Part shown: in pieces, positions 41,254 through 49,727 of the stretch | How positions within the stretch are numbered: position 1 is the stretch's first letter | How the letters are laid out: every line of letters starts with the position of its first letter | From: Thermodesulfobacteriota bacterium | GTDB lineage: Bacteria > Desulfobacterota > Desulfobacteria > Desulfobacterales > SURF-7 | Assembly: GCA_049320885.1 (NCBI GenBank) | Contig: JBMORA010000047.1 | Span: forward strand, 1-64,000 | DNA: 64,000 nt | Direction: 5' to 3' | Position numbers and translations under genes: made by a program | Notes under the pieces: model-generated | What the model was told of the DNA's origin: nothing | The model's input: only the letters and a program-made list of their open reading frames with translations | Databases searched by the model: none

Positions 41254-41278
41254 GATTGTCCTGAAAAGGTGGACAATC
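41254..41278. promoter_or_regulatory. Candidate bEBP upstream activating sequence
   Basis: GATTGTCC-N9-GGACAATC, perfect 8-bp inverted repeat about 125-145 bp upstream of the -24 element. Confidence 0.5.
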
Positions 41279-41288
41279 GTGTATTCAA

Positions 41289-44240
41289 TCAGGAAGTTGG
41301 TACGGAAAGGAAGTCCATCAGTTGTTCCCGGGAGAAGGCCTTGACCACTTCCGGATCGTCTTCTTTCACAATGGTGTCCAGCAGGTTGCGCTTCCTGGCG
41401 ATGATGGCGGCTATCTTTTCTTCCAGGGTTCCCTGGGTCACCAGCTTGAACACCTGGACGCCGCGGCTTTGGCCGATGCGATGAACCCGGTCCGTGGCCT
41501 GATCCTCCCTGGCCGCGTTCCACCAGCGGTCATAATGAATCACGACGGATGCCGAAACCAGATCGATCCCCACTCCGCCGGCCTTGAGACTGCCCACAAA
41601 GACACGGCAATCCGCATCGTTATTGAACCGGTCGATGATGGCGCCGCGGTTGCGGGAGCTACCCGTCAAAACCACCGACGGGATGCCTTCCTGATCCAGA
41701 TAATGCCGGATCATCCGGATCATTCCGAGATACTGGCTATAAACAACGATTTTCTGACCGCTTTCCAACGACAGGGACAGCAGTTCCTTGAATGCCTCCC
41801 ATTTGCCGGATTCATAGCGGGAGAATTCCTCCGGTCTGTCTTTCAACAGGGCCGGATGGTTGCAGATTTGCTTCAGGATGTTCAGCAGGGCGAAAATATG
41901 CAGATAGGGGATATTCTGTTCCCCCTGCCGCAGAATTTGTAACAAGCGACGCCCTTTTGACTGGATGGCGTCGTTGTAAAGCCTGACCTGGTCTTCGCTC
42001 AGGGAGCAGAAGCGCAGGTCTTCGATTTTAGGGGGTAGTTCATCGAGAACCGAGGTTTTCAGACGTCTGAGGGTGAAGGGAGAGATCAGGCGGCGGAGTT
42101 CCTTGCTTCTTTCTCCGGTTGGATATTGGGCGATTGGCTGGGCATAGCGCTGCTGAAACCCCGCATCGGTACCCAGGTATCCCGGAATCACGAGATCCAT
42201 CAGGACCTTCAGTTCATCCAGCCGGTTCTCGATGGGGGTGCCGGTCGCCCCCACTTTCATCTCCGCCCGGATCCGGGCTGCCGCTTCATATGCCTTTGTT
42301 TCCGGATTTTTTATAAACTGGGCCTCGTCAAAGACGGCCAGGGTGAATTCCCGGGGCATCAAGAGCGGGAGATCCCGCCGGAGAACCCCATAGGAGGTGA
42401 GCAATACGGTATTCCGATCCAGGGCTTTCAGTTCCCGGTCTCCGCCGTGGTATACAACCGTTTTCAGGCCCGGCGCATGTTCCCGGATTTTTCGCATCCA
42501 GTGGCTGATGACCGTTGTGGGACAGACGACCAGGAACGGTTTGCGGGTTTTGGAATGCTCCAGGAGCCATGTCATCAGAGCCATGAGTTGATGGGTTTTG
42601 CCCAGCCCCATATCATCACAGAGCAACCCGCCGAAACGATTTTCAAACAAGAAAAAGAGCCATTCGGCGCCGCGCTGTTGATAGCCTCTCAGTTTTGACG
42701 TCATCCCGCAACATTCCGGTATGCTTGCAGAGGGTTTCAGTTCCAGAAGTCGCCGGAGTCGGTCGGAAGGATCGCTTTCCCCTTTGACTTCCAGGCTGCC
42801 CGCCGCTTGAAGTCTATAGAGGTCCATGGCGGAAATGCGATAGGTTCCGGGCGGACCCGCGGGCGCCTCGGTCTGGAAAATCCGTTCAATCATGGCCAGT
42901 CCTTCGCCCTGAAAAGACTGGCAGTCAAGCCAGCCTTCCCTGATGGGCAGGAACCGCTGCCGGTGCTTGCGGGCATCGAGAATTTCCTGGAGGGAAATGG
43001 AACCGCCGCCAACCCCATATTGCACGGAAAGCCAGTACCAGTCCCTCTCCATGGCGACGGGTTCAATCTCGATGCGTTCGAAGGTTCTGAATATCCGCAT
43101 GTTCCGGACGGAATCATCCACAATGTGCGGCGGTTTCCAGATGTCGTCGCCGAATTGTTCCAGAATCAACGGGATGTTCTTGTTTCGTACAACCTTGCTG
43201 AAAGTGTTCCGGAATTTTTCCGAAATGGGGTCCGGTTGGGCCAGCCGGATGAAAACATTTCTGTCTTTCAAAAAGAACAACTGGTTGTACCGGAAAGGCT
43301 CCAGCGCTTTGCGTTCAAAATAATGCTCGGCGCCGGTTTCATCTCGGAAATGCAAATAATGCTGCAGCACCAGATCTCTGCGCTTGTTGAGGCGCATCCG
43401 AACGATGGAGGCGGCCGGATGCGGATGAATGGGGATACCGGAGGGACCCTCCAATATGCTTTTCAGTTTTCCCAGAGCCATGGGAGCCTTATCCCGCGGC
43501 AGAAAGATGCGCAGGAAAGTCCGGTCGCCGGCGTCAGCAATCACCAGGCTGCAGGAACCGTTTTCGGGATGGATGTTCATCCGCGGAGGGAAACATCGCC
43601 CTTGGGTGCGCCGGAACAGGTGGTACATCACTTTATACCAGAGTCCCTCCTCCATGGCGCACCTGCGGGTCATGGCGCCGCGTTCCAGCATGAGACGCTC
43701 CGTGGGGGACATGGTCAAAGCGGCCATTTGGTGCAATACCGGCAACCGCCGGAAATCATCGGTGCCTTCTGGATTGGGACAGCAGCGGGAACAGAACAGT
43801 TCCGCATCCGTCATCTCCACTCCGGATTGCTGGCTTGAAGAATCCGGGTAATAGGTCAACAGCGGCATTTCCTTGGCGTCGATCAGGCTTACAGTTCCAT
43901 TTTCCGCCGGAGTGTTCGGATCAAGACGGATGTCCCTCGGCGAGACCCGGGAAATTTCGAACATGACAGCTACCAGTTGATGGAACAGACTGTTGCGAAA
44001 TGTAGTATCAAATTCACCTGTCGGCGATTCGCGCTGAAGACCGCCGATGATCTTCGACAGTTCCTTGATATGGGCGCATGTTTTTTTGCTGCCTTGCCGG
44101 CAGCTGCAATAACGGCTTTCCCTCGTCAGACCGTTGGAGCGAATCCAGACGGCGACGCCGGGATTCGCATCCTGCCTCGTAGGGAAAAGGGCGATGGCGT
44201 CGCGGTGATATTCAATTCGCCACTCCGGCCGGCTATCCAT
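41289..44240 (-). CDS. SWIM zinc finger SNF2-family helicase/ATPase
   Basis: CSC..TCAH SWIM motif, DDMGLGKT, DEAQ, TGTP.EN, LKQICNHP, QATDRVHRIGQ. Confidence 0.92.
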   Translation of the reverse strand: MDSRPEWRIEYHRDAIALFPTRQDANPGVAVWIRSNGLTRESRYCSCRQGSKKTCAHIKELSKIIGGLQRESPTGEFDTTFRNSLFHQLVAVMFEISRVSPRDIRLDPNTPAENGTVSLIDAKEMPLLTYYPDSSSQQSGVEMTDAELFCSRCCPNPEGTDDFRRLPVLHQMAALTMSPTERLMLERGAMTRRCAMEEGLWYKVMYHLFRRTQGRCFPPRMNIHPENGSCSLVIADAGDRTFLRIFLPRDKAPMALGKLKSILEGPSGIPIHPHPAASIVRMRLNKRRDLVLQHYLHFRDETGAEHYFERKALEPFRYNQLFFLKDRNVFIRLAQPDPISEKFRNTFSKVVRNKNIPLILEQFGDDIWKPPHIVDDSVRNMRIFRTFERIEIEPVAMERDWYWLSVQYGVGGGSISLQEILDARKHRQRFLPIREGWLDCQSFQGEGLAMIERIFQTEAPAGPPGTYRISAMDLYRLQAAGSLEVKGESDPSDRLRRLLELKPSASIPECCGMTSKLRGYQQRGAEWLFFLFENRFGGLLCDDMGLGKTHQLMALMTWLLEHSKTRKPFLVVCPTTVISHWMRKIREHAPGLKTVVYHGGDRELKALDRNTVLLTSYGVLRRDLPLLMPREFTLAVFDEAQFIKNPETKAYEAAARIRAEMKVGATGTPIENRLDELKVLMDLVIPGYLGTDAGFQQRYAQPIAQYPTGERSKELRRLISPFTLRRLKTSVLDELPPKIEDLRFCSLSEDQVRLYNDAIQSKGRRLLQILRQGEQNIPYLHIFALLNILKQICNHPALLKDRPEEFSRYESGKWEAFKELLSLSLESGQKIVVYSQYLGMIRMIRHYLDQEGIPSVVLTGSSRNRGAIIDRFNNDADCRVFVGSLKAGGVGIDLVSASVVIHYDRWWNAAREDQATDRVHRIGQSRGVQVFKLVTQGTLEEKIAAIIARKRNLLDTIVKEDDPEVVKAFSREQLMDFLSVPTS

Positions 44241-45084
44241 CTTCCCCCACCACATGCAGCCGGGTTTCCGTATTGGCCAGATAATCGGTCAAGGCGGACG
44301 GCGGATGACGGTCGGTGAACAGGGCGTCGATTTCGTCCAGGTTGCCGAGGCGCACCATGGCGTTCCGGCCGAATTTCGTATGGTCGGCGGCCAGGAAGAC
44401 GCTGCGGGAATTGTCGATGATGGCTCTGGCGGCCCGCACCTCCCGATAATCGAAATCCAGCAGGGTGCCGTCTAGGTCGATGCCGCTGATGCCGATGATG
44501 CCGAAATCGACTTTGAACTGGCGGATGAAATCAATGGCTGCCTCGCCGATGATACCGCCGTCGCGGCTGCGCACCAGTCCGCCGGTGACGATGATTTCAA
44601 ACCCTTCGTTTTTGCTCAGGATGGCGGCCACGTTCAGGTTGTTGGTGATCACCCGCAAGCCGCGATGACGGCAGAGGGCCTCGGCCACCGCTTCCGTGGT
44701 GGTTCCGATGTTGATGAACAGGGAGGAGTGGTTCGGGATATGCTGGACAAGGGCCTGGGCGATTTTCTGTTTTTCGTGCAGGCAGAGAACCCGGCGTTCC
44801 GGATAGGAGACATTTTCCGTGCTGAGGGTGTTGGCTGCTCCTCCATGGTAGCGGTGCAGCAGGCCTTCATCGCTAAGGGTCTGGATGTCCCGCCGGATGG
44901 TCTGGGGGGTGACGTCGAACCGGTTGGCCAGGGTTTCGATGGTCACGAAACCCTGTTCCCGGACGGCTTCCAGGATGCGGGCATGACGGTTGCGGACAGT
45001 GGCGGATTTGCCGTCGCCGTCCAGAGCCGGTTGCGGACCGCGGGATCGTCCGGCCATGATTTTTTTCTGTTCCCCTTCGGTCAT
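44233..45084 (-). CDS. glpR: DeoR family glycerol regulon repressor GlpR
   Basis: VTPQTIRRD HTH, RYHGGA, FINIGTT, VITNNL, LLDFDYREV, DHTKFGR; divergent from the glycerol ABC operon. Confidence 0.9.
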   Translation of the reverse strand: MTEGEQKKIMAGRSRGPQPALDGDGKSATVRNRHARILEAVREQGFVTIETLANRFDVTPQTIRRDIQTLSDEGLLHRYHGGAANTLSTENVSYPERRVLCLHEKQKIAQALVQHIPNHSSLFINIGTTTEAVAEALCRHRGLRVITNNLNVAAILSKNEGFEIIVTGGLVRSRDGGIIGEAAIDFIRQFKVDFGIIGISGIDLDGTLLDFDYREVRAARAIIDNSRSVFLAADHTKFGRNAMVRLGNLDEIDALFTDRHPPSALTDYLANTETRLHVVGEDG

Positions 45085-45210
45085 GTCTGCTATACTCCTT
45101 CGAACCGGTGTAACCGGTGGGGCCGACCCTATCACATTTCGACCGCCACGGAAAAAGGATTTTCACGTTCCCGCGCCCACCGTGGTTTGGAAAGTAGCGC
45201 GTTTCATTTT

Positions 45211-45310
45211 ATTTTGTTTTTCGAAAATATAAACTGTAAAATTTTGCTTTACGAAACTAATCCGTGACAATTTTGTTTGTTTATGATAATTTCACGAAAC
45301 AAAATGAAAA
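45211..45310. promoter_or_regulatory. Candidate GlpR operator array
   Basis: ATTTTG-N5-CGAAA at 45211 and 45241, ATTTTG again at 45270 and CGAAA at 45295 (about 30-bp period), in the AT-rich divergent promoter region. Confidence 0.55.
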
Positions 45311-45355
45311 GTCAAGCCGGTTCGGTACAGCGACCCCCAACACGGGAGACAGTTC

Positions 45356-46453
45356 ATGGGATTGTCCCTTCAGCATGTCGATAAACTTGTCGGCCGTCAA
45401 ATCCATCTGAAAGAAATCAATATTGAATTCGAAAACGGTTCCCGGAATATCATTCTGGGACGGACCCTGGCCGGCAAGACGTCCCTCTTGCGCATCATGG
45501 CCGGTCTGGACAAGCCTTCCAGGGGGAAAATCCTGATCGACGGCAAGGATTTCACCGGTGTTTCGGTTCGCCGGCGCAACGTCGCCATGGTCTATCAACA
45601 GTTCATTAATTATCCCTCCCTGACCGTTTACGACAATATCGCCTCGCCCCTGAAAATGAGCGGGTGGAAAAAACCGGAGATCGACAAACAGGTCCGCCGG
45701 ACGGCGGAAATCCTTCATATCGAAAAGCTGCTGGACCGCCTGCCCGCCGAACTCAGCGGGGGGCAGCAGCAGCGAACCGCCATTGCCCGGGCCTTGGTCA
45801 AGGAAACCAAATTGTTGCTTCTCGATGAACCGCTGGTGAATCTGGATTATAAACTGCGGGAAGAATTGCGCTCCGAATTGCAGGATATTTTCCGCCAGCG
45901 GGAAGCCATTGTCGTCTACACCACCACCGAGCCCACCGAGGCCCTGATGCTGGGCGGGAATGTCGTGGTGATCGATGAGGGCCGCGTGTTGCAGACCGGG
46001 CCGACGGCGCAGGTCTATCACCATCCGGCAACGCTCAAGGTGGCGGAGATTTTCAGTGATCCGCCCATCAACTATTTGCCGGGTGTGGTCGACGGGGGCG
46101 GTATGCGTTTCGGGGACAACATCCGTATCCCCCTCACTGCCCACTTCCGGAACCTGCGGGCAGGGAATTACCGGATCGGTATCCGGTCGAACCATCTGTT
46201 TTTATCCCGCCGAAGCGGCGGGGACACGGAATTCAAGGGGCATGTGGAGCTCTCGGAGATCAACGGTTCCGAGACCTTCACCCATCTGAATCACGGCGGC
46301 GTGTCGCTGGTGGTGCAGGATGAGGGCGTTTATCCGCATAAAATCGGTACGGAAATCTCTGTTTTCGTGAATCCGGAAACCTTGTTCATCTATGACGATC
46401 AAGGCGCGTTGGTCGCATCCCCGGGAAGCGGGGGGCATATTCGCAACGATTGA
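45356..46453 (+). CDS. Glycerol-type ABC transporter ATP-binding subunit 1 (GlpS-like)
   Basis: GRTLAGKTSL, MVYQQFINYP, LSGGQQQR, DEPLVNLDYKLREELR. Confidence 0.88.
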   Translation: MGLSLQHVDKLVGRQIHLKEINIEFENGSRNIILGRTLAGKTSLLRIMAGLDKPSRGKILIDGKDFTGVSVRRRNVAMVYQQFINYPSLTVYDNIASPLKMSGWKKPEIDKQVRRTAEILHIEKLLDRLPAELSGGQQQRTAIARALVKETKLLLLDEPLVNLDYKLREELRSELQDIFRQREAIVVYTTTEPTEALMLGGNVVVIDEGRVLQTGPTAQVYHHPATLKVAEIFSDPPINYLPGVVDGGGMRFGDNIRIPLTAHFRNLRAGNYRIGIRSNHLFLSRRSGGDTEFKGHVELSEINGSETFTHLNHGGVSLVVQDEGVYPHKIGTEISVFVNPETLFIYDDQGALVASPGSGGHIRND

Positions 46454-46463
46454 GGAACATCCC

Positions 46464-47549
46464 ATGGCAAGGATCGAACTCCACCAGATCGCGCACAGTT
46501 ACCTGCGCAGGCCGAAAACTGCGGCGGATTACGCCCTGAAACGCATTCAGTATGAATGGGAAGACGGCGGGGCGTATGCGCTTCTCGGGCCGTCCGGATG
46601 CGGGAAGACTACCCTGCTCAACATCATATCCGGTCTGCTCACGCCCAGCGAGGGGCAGGTGCTTTTTAACGGCAGGGAGGTGACCCTGATGCCGCCGGAC
46701 AAGCGCAACATCGCCCAGGTGTTTCAGTTTCCGGTTCTGTACGACACCATGTCGGTCTACGACAATCTCGCTTTTCCCCTGCGCAACCGGCGAATCGCTG
46801 AAACGGATGTCCGGATTCGGGTTCTGGAAGTCGCGGAAATTCTGGAGCTGACGCCGTATTTACATAAAAAGGCCGCGGGATTGACCGCCGACGCCAAGCA
46901 GAAAATCTCCCTGGGCCGGGGACTGGTCCGCAGCGATGTGGCGGCGATTCTCTTTGACGAGCCGCTGACGGTCATCGACCCGCATCTCAAATGGCATCTT
47001 CGCAGAAAGCTGAAGGACATCCATGACCAGTTGAAGCTGACCCTGATTTATGTCACCCATGATCAGGTGGAAGCCATGACCTTCGCCGACAAGGTGATGG
47101 TCATGTACGAAGGGGAACTGGTTCAGATCGGCACGCCCCAGGAACTGTTCGAAGCCCCGCAGCACAAATTCGTGGGGTATTTCATCGGCAGTCCCGGGAT
47201 GAATTTTCTGGAGTGTGATCTGGATGGCGCCGTGGCCCGGGTGAACGGCGCCGAAATCGCCCTGGAGGCGGAAACCGCGGCCCTGGCGGCGAAAGCCCGG
47301 GGACGGCTGGAACTGGGGATTCGGCCCATGTATCTGGAAGTGCATGCGCGCGAAGTGGCGGGTGGTATTCCGGCGATGGTCCGGACGGTGGAGGATCAGG
47401 GCAGTTACAGGATCGTGACCCTGCTGCTGGCGGAAAGGCTGCTGCGGGCAAAAGTCCGCGAAGGCCAATCCGTTCCCGGCGGAAGCGCCTGGGTGCGGTT
47501 CCCGCCGGAGAAAACCCGCTTGTTCGCCGACGGAAAATTGATCCGATAG
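46464..47549 (+). CDS. Glycerol-type ABC transporter ATP-binding subunit 2 (rhizobial GlpT-like)
   Basis: GPSGCGKT, AQVFQFPV, DEPLTVIDPHLKW.LR; degenerate signature LTADAKQK. Confidence 0.88.
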   Translation: MARIELHQIAHSYLRRPKTAADYALKRIQYEWEDGGAYALLGPSGCGKTTLLNIISGLLTPSEGQVLFNGREVTLMPPDKRNIAQVFQFPVLYDTMSVYDNLAFPLRNRRIAETDVRIRVLEVAEILELTPYLHKKAAGLTADAKQKISLGRGLVRSDVAAILFDEPLTVIDPHLKWHLRRKLKDIHDQLKLTLIYVTHDQVEAMTFADKVMVMYEGELVQIGTPQELFEAPQHKFVGYFIGSPGMNFLECDLDGAVARVNGAEIALEAETAALAAKARGRLELGIRPMYLEVHAREVAGGIPAMVRTVEDQGSYRIVTLLLAERLLRAKVREGQSVPGGSAWVRFPPEKTRLFADGKLIR

Positions 47550-47562
47550 GAGAGGCCTGGGT

Positions 47563-48435
47563 ATGGAAAAATGGGAAAGCAACAAAGCCTGGTTTCTGGT
47601 GTTGCCGGTTTTCGTCATCGTGGCCTTCAGCGCCGTGGTTCCGCTGATGACCGTGGTGAATTACTCGGTCCAGGATATTTTCGGACCCGGTCAGCGGATT
47701 TTTGTGGGGACCGAATTCTTCAAGGAGGTTCTGCAGGACAAACGCCTGCATGACGCCTTGTGGCGGCAGTTTTTGTTTTCCGGCCTCGTCCTGCTCATCG
47801 AAATCCCCCTGGGCGTCCTGATCGCCCTGGCCATGCCCAAGAAAGGCGGGTGGGTGTCCGTCAATCTCGTCACCCTGGCGCTGCCCCTTTTGATCCCCTG
47901 GAACGTCATCGGGACCATCTGGATTATTTTCACCCGTCCCGACATCGGCTTGTTCGGCGCGGCGATCAACCATCTCGGCGTGGCCTTCGACCACACCGCC
48001 AAGCCGCTGGATGCCTGGATCACCGTGATGCTCATGGAAGTCTGGCATTGGACGCCCCTGGTGGCGCTCCTGGCCTATGCCGGTCTGCGTTCCATCCCCG
48101 AGGCTTATTATCAGGCGGCCAAAATCGACGGCGCTTCGGCCTGGGCGACATTCCGGTACATCCAGCTGCCGAAAATGCGCGGCGTGCTGACCATCGCGGT
48201 CCTGTTGCGCTTCATGGACAGTTTTCTGATTTACGCCGAACCCTTTGTGCTCACCGGCGGCGGTCCCGGCAACGCCACGACGTTTCTGTCGATCTATCTG
48301 GTGAAAATCGCGGTGGGGCAATTCGATCTGGGACCGGCAGCGGCCTTTTCACTGGTTTATTTTCTCATCATCCTGCTATTCAGTTTTTTGTTCTACCAGG
48401 CCCTGCAGAATGTCGGTAAAGGAGAAAAAAAATGA
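47563..48435 (+). CDS. Carbohydrate ABC permease (GlpP-like)
   Basis: AFSA..PLMTVVNYSVQD, WHWT, AA.IDGA EAA loop. Confidence 0.88.
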   Translation: MEKWESNKAWFLVLPVFVIVAFSAVVPLMTVVNYSVQDIFGPGQRIFVGTEFFKEVLQDKRLHDALWRQFLFSGLVLLIEIPLGVLIALAMPKKGGWVSVNLVTLALPLLIPWNVIGTIWIIFTRPDIGLFGAAINHLGVAFDHTAKPLDAWITVMLMEVWHWTPLVALLAYAGLRSIPEAYYQAAKIDGASAWATFRYIQLPKMRGVLTIAVLLRFMDSFLIYAEPFVLTGGGPGNATTFLSIYLVKIAVGQFDLGPAAAFSLVYFLIILLFSFLFYQALQNVGKGEKK

Positions 48436-49235
48436 AGGCAAGAAAAAGGGTGTTCGGACTGGTCCTGTATATGGGCCTGCTGATGCTGCCGATCTACTGG
48501 ATGCTGAATATGTCGCTGCGGACCAACGCCGACATTCTCGGAACCTTCTCCTTATACCCGAATTCACCGACCCTGGCCAATTACATCAAAATTTTCACGG
48601 AAGCGTCCTGGTATTCCGGCTATATCAATTCCATCATTTACGTCAGCATCAATACCGTCATTTCGCTGGCGACGGCGCTGCCGGCGGCCTATGCATTTTC
48701 CCGTTTCCGGTTTCTGGGGGACAAGCACATGTTCTTCTGGCTGCTGACCAACCGGATGGCGCCGGCGGCGGTTTTCCTGCTGCCCTTTTTTCAACTGTAT
48801 TCCACGTTCAACCTGATCGATACCCATATTGCGGTGGCCCTGGCCCATTGTCTGTTCAATGTCCCCCTGGCGGTATGGATATTGGAGGGCTTCATGTCCG
48901 GAATTCCCCGCGAAATCGATGAAACGGCTTTCATCGACGGATACGGTTTCCCGCGGTTTTTTTTCACCATTTTCATCCCGCTGATCCGGGCCGGGGTCGG
49001 GGTGACCGCTTTTTTCTGTTTCATGTTTTCCTGGGTGGAGCTGCTGTTCGCCCGAACCCTGACGACCACCAACGCCAAACCCATTGCGGCCACCATGACC
49101 CGCACGGTGAGCGCCACGGGACTCGACTGGGGGTTGCTGGCGGCGGCCGGGATGTTGACCATCGTTCCCGGCGCCCTGGTGATCTGGTTCGTACGCAATC
49201 ATTTGGCCAAGGGGTTCGCCCTGGGCCGCGTATAG
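48432..49235 (+). CDS. Carbohydrate ABC permease (GlpQ-like)
   Basis: FFWLLTNRMAP, EIDETAFIDG, KGFALGRV. Confidence 0.88.
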   Translation: MKARKRVFGLVLYMGLLMLPIYWMLNMSLRTNADILGTFSLYPNSPTLANYIKIFTEASWYSGYINSIIYVSINTVISLATALPAAYAFSRFRFLGDKHMFFWLLTNRMAPAAVFLLPFFQLYSTFNLIDTHIAVALAHCLFNVPLAVWILEGFMSGIPREIDETAFIDGYGFPRFFFTIFIPLIRAGVGVTAFFCFMFSWVELLFARTLTTTNAKPIAATMTRTVSATGLDWGLLAAAGMLTIVPGALVIWFVRNHLAKGFALGRV

Positions 49236-49247
49236 AAAGGAAAGACC

Positions 49248-49526
49248 ATGAATCTGGAGTGGATGGCCTGGACTTTTCCGACCGCGTTGTTTTTTACAGG
49301 CATTGTCCTGATCCTGACGGCCATGACCATCTGGCAGGTGCTGGCCCCCAGTGTCGAGCGGCGGGGCTTTCTGCCCATGCGGACCACCCCCGGCGACCGT
49401 CTCTTTATCGGCCTGCTGGGAAGCGCCTATATCCACCTGGTCTGGATAGGGCTCACGAATTATACCCTGTGGATCGCTTTCGCTATTGCAATCGTCTGGC
49501 TGATCGTGGTAATGATATGGGGGTAG
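49248..49526 (+). CDS. Small integral membrane protein DUF2160 (GlpU-like)
   Basis: WMAWT..TA.FF, TT.GDRLFI.LL.SAYIHL. Confidence 0.85.
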   Translation: MNLEWMAWTFPTALFFTGIVLILTAMTIWQVLAPSVERRGFLPMRTTPGDRLFIGLLGSAYIHLVWIGLTNYTLWIAFAIAIVWLIVVMIWG

Positions 49527-49727
49527 AGGGCGGTCATCCACAAATCGCCCGAAAAAATCATACTGCGCGTTTCTTTTTTTATCCTGAAGCAACTCCATAA
49601 CCACCATCTGTTTTTTTGTTGGCGCTACCTGTAAGTGTTTATGCTGACCGGCGGTTGCGGCCTTCACACCGGCTGCGTAAACGGACAATCACCATTGAGG
49701 GCCGAAAATGAAGAAGGAGGAGGTCGT

